NCBI GenBank assembly: GCA_029225065.1 | Contig: JAQXVT010000050.1 | Location: forward strand, 3,359 to 67,358 | Direction of reading: 5' to 3' | Source of the DNA: Lachnospiraceae bacterium | Lineage (GTDB): Bacteria > Bacillota > Clostridia > Lachnospirales > Lachnospiraceae | DNA length: 64,000 bases | Shown: piece by piece, positions 60,184 through 64,000 of the stretch | Position numbering within the stretch: the stretch's first letter is position 1 | How the letters are laid out: the number at the start of each line of letters is the position of its first letter | Notes under the pieces: generated by a model | Databases searched by the model: none | Told to the model about the DNA's origin: nothing | The model's input: only the letters and a program-made list of their open reading frames with translations | Position numbers and translations under genes: made by a program

Positions 60184-60268
60184 TACTTTTTGGGTACATA
60201 ATCACACAATCTTGGTTCGCAAATTTACACATTCACAAATTCTGGGTTCACACATTCTTCACAAAAAA

Positions 60269-60311
60269 TTAGCACTCACCTATTGACGTGGCTAACAACA
60301 TGTGTTATATT
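60269..60311 (+). promoter_or_regulatory. clpB promoter overlapped by a degenerate CIRCE
   Basis: TTAGCACTC-N9-CGTGGCTAA against consensus TTAGCACTC-N9-GAGTGCTAA, and TTGACG-17-TATATT. Confidence 0.7.
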
Positions 60312-60425
60312 CTCGATAGAACAAAGAGCGAAAGCTCCTCCGAAAGGAAGCGGATGGTCCGCTTTCTTTTGGGGTTCACATATATTTTCATGTATCCAAT
60401 ACACGGAAACAGGGAGGTGTGCTTT

Positions 60426-63032
60426 ATGAACATCAGTAAATTTACACAGAAATCAATTGAGGCAGTAAATACCCTGGAGAAGGTCGCATATCAGTTCGGC
60501 CACCAGGAGATAGAAGAAGAGCACCTGCTGTACGCGCTGTACCATCAGGAGGACAGTTTGATTGCAAAGCTGATCGAAAAGATGGAAATCCAGAAGGAAT
60601 ATTTCGCAGACCGTCTGGAGCAGGCACTTAATGGCAGGACAAAAGTAAGCGGCGGCAGCCCGTACATCGGACAGTACCTGAACAAGGCACTGGTCAGTGC
60701 GGAGGATGTGGCAAAGCAGATGGGGGATGAATACGTATCCGTTGAGCATCTGTTCCTTTCCATTCTGAACAATCAGAGCCCGTCGATGAAACAGTTTTTG
60801 AAAGAGTTCGGTATCACGAAGGAGCGTTTCCTTCAGGCGCTTTCGACCGTGCGCGGCAACCAGCGCGTGACCACGGACAATCCGGAAGCGACATACGATA
60901 CCTTAAATAAATACGGTCAGGATCTGGTAGAAAAAGCGAGAAGTCAGAAGCTTGATCCGGTCATCGGACGTGATGCGGAGATCCGAAATGTCATCCGTAT
61001 CCTTTCGAGAAAGACGAAAAACAACCCGGTGCTGATCGGTGAACCTGGCGTCGGTAAGACGGCGGCAGTAGAAGGCCTGGCACAGCGTATTGTGCGCGGT
61101 GATGTACCGGAAGGACTGAAGAATAAAAAGATTTTTGCACTGGATATGGGTGCGCTGGTCGCAGGAGCAAAGTACCGCGGCGAATTCGAGGAGCGTCTGA
61201 AAGCCGTACTGGAAGAGGTACGCAAGAGCGAGGGCGAGATCATCCTGTTTATCGATGAACTGCATCTGATCGTTGGTGCCGGCAAGACTGACGGTGCGAT
61301 GGATGCCGGAAATATGTTAAAGCCGATGCTGGCAAGAGGCGAGCTGCACTGTATCGGTGCGACAACGCTGGATGAGTACCGCAAGTACATTGAAAAAGAT
61401 CCGGCGCTGGAGCGTCGTTTCCAGCCGGTTCTGGTCGATGAGCCGACCGTCGAGGATACGATTTCAATCCTGCGTGGCCTGAAGGACCGCTACGAAGTAT
61501 TCCACGGCGTAAAGATTACAGACAGCGCACTGGTAGCTGCTGCAACTCTGTCACACCGTTACATCAGCGACCGGTTCCTGCCGGATAAAGCGATTGACCT
61601 GGTCGATGAGGCGTGTGCACTGATCAAAACAGAGCTGGATTCTCTGCCGACCGAGCTCGATGAGCTTCGCCGGAAGATCATGCAGATGGAGATCGAGGAG
61701 GCGGCTCTGAAGAAGGAGACCGACCGGCCGAGCCGTGAGCGTCTGGAAGCACTCCAGAAAGAGCTTGCCGAGCTGCGCGATCAGTTCAACAGCCAGAAAG
61801 CACAGTGGGACAACGAGAAGAAATCCGTTGAGAAGCTGCAGACGCTGCGTGAGCAGATCGAAGCGATGAACAAGGAAATCGAGCTGGCACAGCGCAATTA
61901 TGATCTGAACAAGGCTGCCGAGCTGCAGTACGGCGAATTGCCGAAGCTGCAGAAACAGCTGGAAATCGAGGAAGAGCGTGTCCACAAACAGGATATGACA
62001 TTGGTACATGAGAGTGTGACCGAGGAAGAGATCGAGCGGATTATCTCCCGCTGGACCGGTATCCCGGTAGCAAAACTGACACAGGGCGAGCGTGCAAAGA
62101 TTTTGGCACTTGGTGACGAACTGCACAAGAGAGTTGTCGGACAGGATGACGGCGTGACGAAGGTGACGGAAGCCATTCTTCGTTCGAAAGCAGGTATCAA
62201 AGATCCGTCCAAACCGATCGGATCGTTCCTGTTCCTTGGGCCGACTGGTGTCGGCAAGACCGAGCTTGCCAAAGCGCTTGCAGAAAATCTGTTTGACGAT
62301 GAACAGAACATGGTGCGTATCGATATGAGCGAGTACATGGAGAAGCATTCTGTGTCCCGTCTGATCGGAGCGCCTCCAGGATATGTCGGATATGAGGAGG
62401 GCGGTCAGCTGACCGAGGCAGTCCGCAGAAAACCGTATTCTGTCGTACTGTTCGACGAGGTGGAAAAAGCGCATCCGGATGTCTTCAACGTCCTGCTTCA
62501 GGTGCTGGATGACGGTCGGATCACCGATTCACAGGGTCGTACCGTGGACTTCAAGAACACAATATTGATCATGACTTCGAACATCGGCTCGCAGTATCTG
62601 CTTGACGGCATAGAAGCGGATGGCAGCATCCGCCAGGAAGCACAGGATAAGGTTATGGAGCAGCTGAGAGGCTCGTTCCGTCCGGAGTTCCTGAACCGTC
62701 TGGATGAGATCATTATGTTCAAGCCGCTGACGAAGGATAACATCGGCAGCATCGTTGATCTGATGATGAAAGACCTGAATAAGCGTCTGGCTGACCAGGA
62801 TATCAAACTGGAGCTTGATTCATCTGCGAAGGAATACATTATCGACGGCGGTTACGATCCGATCTACGGTGCCCGTCCGCTGAAGCGTTTCCTGCAGAAA
62901 AATGTGGAGACGCTGGCTGCAAGGCTGATCCTGTCCGGTAAGGTAGGCATGGAGGATGTGATCCTCTTTACTGTAAAGGCTGGAGAGCTTGTGGCAGAAG
63001 TAAAGGCAGAGCCGGAGAAGATCACGGGATAA
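60426..63032 (+). CDS. clpB: ATP-dependent chaperone ClpB
   Basis: [26 protein letters not shown], long M-domain coiled coil, [13 protein letters not shown]. Start moved to MNISK. Confidence 0.98.
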   Translation: MNISKFTQKSIEAVNTLEKVAYQFGHQEIEEEHLLYALYHQEDSLIAKLIEKMEIQKEYFADRLEQALNGRTKVSGGSPYIGQYLNKALVSAEDVAKQMGDEYVSVEHLFLSILNNQSPSMKQFLKEFGITKERFLQALSTVRGNQRVTTDNPEATYDTLNKYGQDLVEKARSQKLDPVIGRDAEIRNVIRILSRKTKNNPVLIGEPGVGKTAAVEGLAQRIVRGDVPEGLKNKKIFALDMGALVAGAKYRGEFEERLKAVLEEVRKSEGEIILFIDELHLIVGAGKTDGAMDAGNMLKPMLARGELHCIGATTLDEYRKYIEKDPALERRFQPVLVDEPTVEDTISILRGLKDRYEVFHGVKITDSALVAAATLSHRYISDRFLPDKAIDLVDEACALIKTELDSLPTELDELRRKIMQMEIEEAALKKETDRPSRERLEALQKELAELRDQFNSQKAQWDNEKKSVEKLQTLREQIEAMNKEIELAQRNYDLNKAAELQYGELPKLQKQLEIEEERVHKQDMTLVHESVTEEEIERIISRWTGIPVAKLTQGERAKILALGDELHKRVVGQDDGVTKVTEAILRSKAGIKDPSKPIGSFLFLGPTGVGKTELAKALAENLFDDEQNMVRIDMSEYMEKHSVSRLIGAPPGYVGYEEGGQLTEAVRRKPYSVVLFDEVEKAHPDVFNVLLQVLDDGRITDSQGRTVDFKNTILIMTSNIGSQYLLDGIEADGSIRQEAQDKVMEQLRGSFRPEFLNRLDEIIMFKPLTKDNIGSIVDLMMKDLNKRLADQDIKLELDSSAKEYIIDGGYDPIYGARPLKRFLQKNVETLAARLILSGKVGMEDVILFTVKAGELVAEVKAEPEKITG

Positions 63033-63062
63033 ATCAAATATTTCCTGAAATTCAATTATACA

Positions 63063-63093
63063 ATCCCCGTCCCATATGGTGACGGGGATTTTT
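63063..63093 (+). terminator. Intrinsic terminator after clpB
   Basis: ATCCCCGTC / GACGGGGAT followed by a T run. Confidence 0.85.
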
Positions 63094-63331
63094 GTGTCAA
63101 AGCCATAGACAGCGGGATATAATTCATCGGTATTCGTGTATGGCTGTTAAAATAAAAAGGAATATCTATCAAAGAAAAAATGGCAAAACAATTGAAAAAA
63201 ATTTTGCGGGTTAGAAAATTGACTGCGTGCTTTGCGGAAACAAGGATTCGCAATTGTACCGAGGCAGTAAGTTTGCTATACTGACAATAGTAATAAAAGC
63301 TTCGAAGCAGAAACAAAGGGAGGGATTTACC

Positions 63332-64000
63332 ATGAAGAAACAGGCTTACAATCCGTATCTTCCGAGCTGGGAGTATGTCCCGGACGGAGAGCCTTACGTG
63401 TTTGGCGACCGTGTTTACGTGTATGGTTCACATGACCGGTTCGGCGGGTATGGATACTGCCAGAATGATTATGTGTGCTGGTCGGCGCCGGTGGATGATC
63501 TGGGTGACTGGAGATACGAGGGCGTGATTTACCGGCGAAATGCAGATCCGATGAATCAGGACGGTGACATGTATCTGTTTGCGCCGGATGTGACGGTCGG
63601 AGCGGATGGAAGATACTACTTATATTACGTGCTGGATCAGGCGTGTGTGGTTTCGGTGGCTGTCTGCGATACACCGGCCGGAACCTATGAATTTTACGGA
63701 TATGTGCATTATGAGGACGGCACGAGACTTGGCGAGAGGGAGGGCGACGAGCCGCAGTTTGATCCGGGCGTGCTCACAGAGGGTGAGACGACGTATCTTT
63801 ACACGGGCTTTTGTATGCCGGGCGATGAGAGCAGGCATGGCGCAATGCTGACCGTTCTTGGAAAAGATATGCTTACGATCAAAGAGGCACCGCGGTTTGT
63901 GGCACCGTCGAAACCGTATGAGAAAAACACCGGATATGAGGGACATGCCTTTTTTGAGGCCGCCTCGATCCGTCGTGTGAACGAAACGTACTATTTTATT
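63332..64000 (+). CDS. GH43 glycoside hydrolase, 3'-partial
   Basis: Hand translation MKKQAYNPYLPSWEYVPDGEPYVFGDRVYVYGSHD...WSAP...LFAPDV...FDP...FFEAAS. Runs off the window and is absent from the ORF track. Confidence 0.9.
   Translation, partial: MKKQAYNPYLPSWEYVPDGEPYVFGDRVYVYGSHDRFGGYGYCQNDYVCWSAPVDDLGDWRYEGVIYRRNADPMNQDGDMYLFAPDVTVGADGRYYLYYVLDQACVVSVAVCDTPAGTYEFYGYVHYEDGTRLGEREGDEPQFDPGVLTEGETTYLYTGFCMPGDESRHGAMLTVLGKDMLTIKEAPRFVAPSKPYEKNTGYEGHAFFEAASIRRVNETYYFI

Noticed and set aside
60288-60425. 46-aa N-terminal extension of ClpB, and similar extensions on truA, htrA, the response regulator and several SBPs
   Set aside because: The downstream ATG has the RBS and homology starts there. 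The extension overlaps the promoter or leader.

Overview
A 64-kb chromosomal window from a Clostridia genome, most likely Lachnospiraceae (inferred from gene families and strong AGGAGG ribosome-binding sites). It is mostly housekeeping and transport genes: trpS, truA, cysE, gdhA, htrA, maf, clpB, glycerate kinase, a bile salt hydrolase-like enzyme and five ABC transporter loci (one cut by the window edge). Decayed accessory DNA lies around 54.8-60.3 kb: a GH127 fragment, an IS200/IS605 element with a collapsed tnpB, umuC-yolD and a truncated MerR. I saw no rRNA, tRNA or CRISPR array. The most interesting signals are: (1) an unlisted 46-aa Met/Cys-rich leader ORF followed by an intrinsic terminator upstream of a putative sulfur-amino-acid uptake operon, a candidate ribosome-coupled attenuator; (2) a tight operon of ICMT-like methyltransferase, GH3 acyl-amido ligase and a 7TM-GAF-degenerate GGDEF-HD-GYP sensor, followed by an Ntn amide hydrolase, a candidate small-molecule signalling system; (3) a sensor-less histidine kinase paired with an apparently dead sugar-ABC pseudo-ATPase; (4) a dispersed REP-like hairpin family with at least 11 copies; (5) structured leaders upstream of gdhA, an amino-acid ABC operon and clpB. 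Family assignments come from motif recognition by eye, not database searches.
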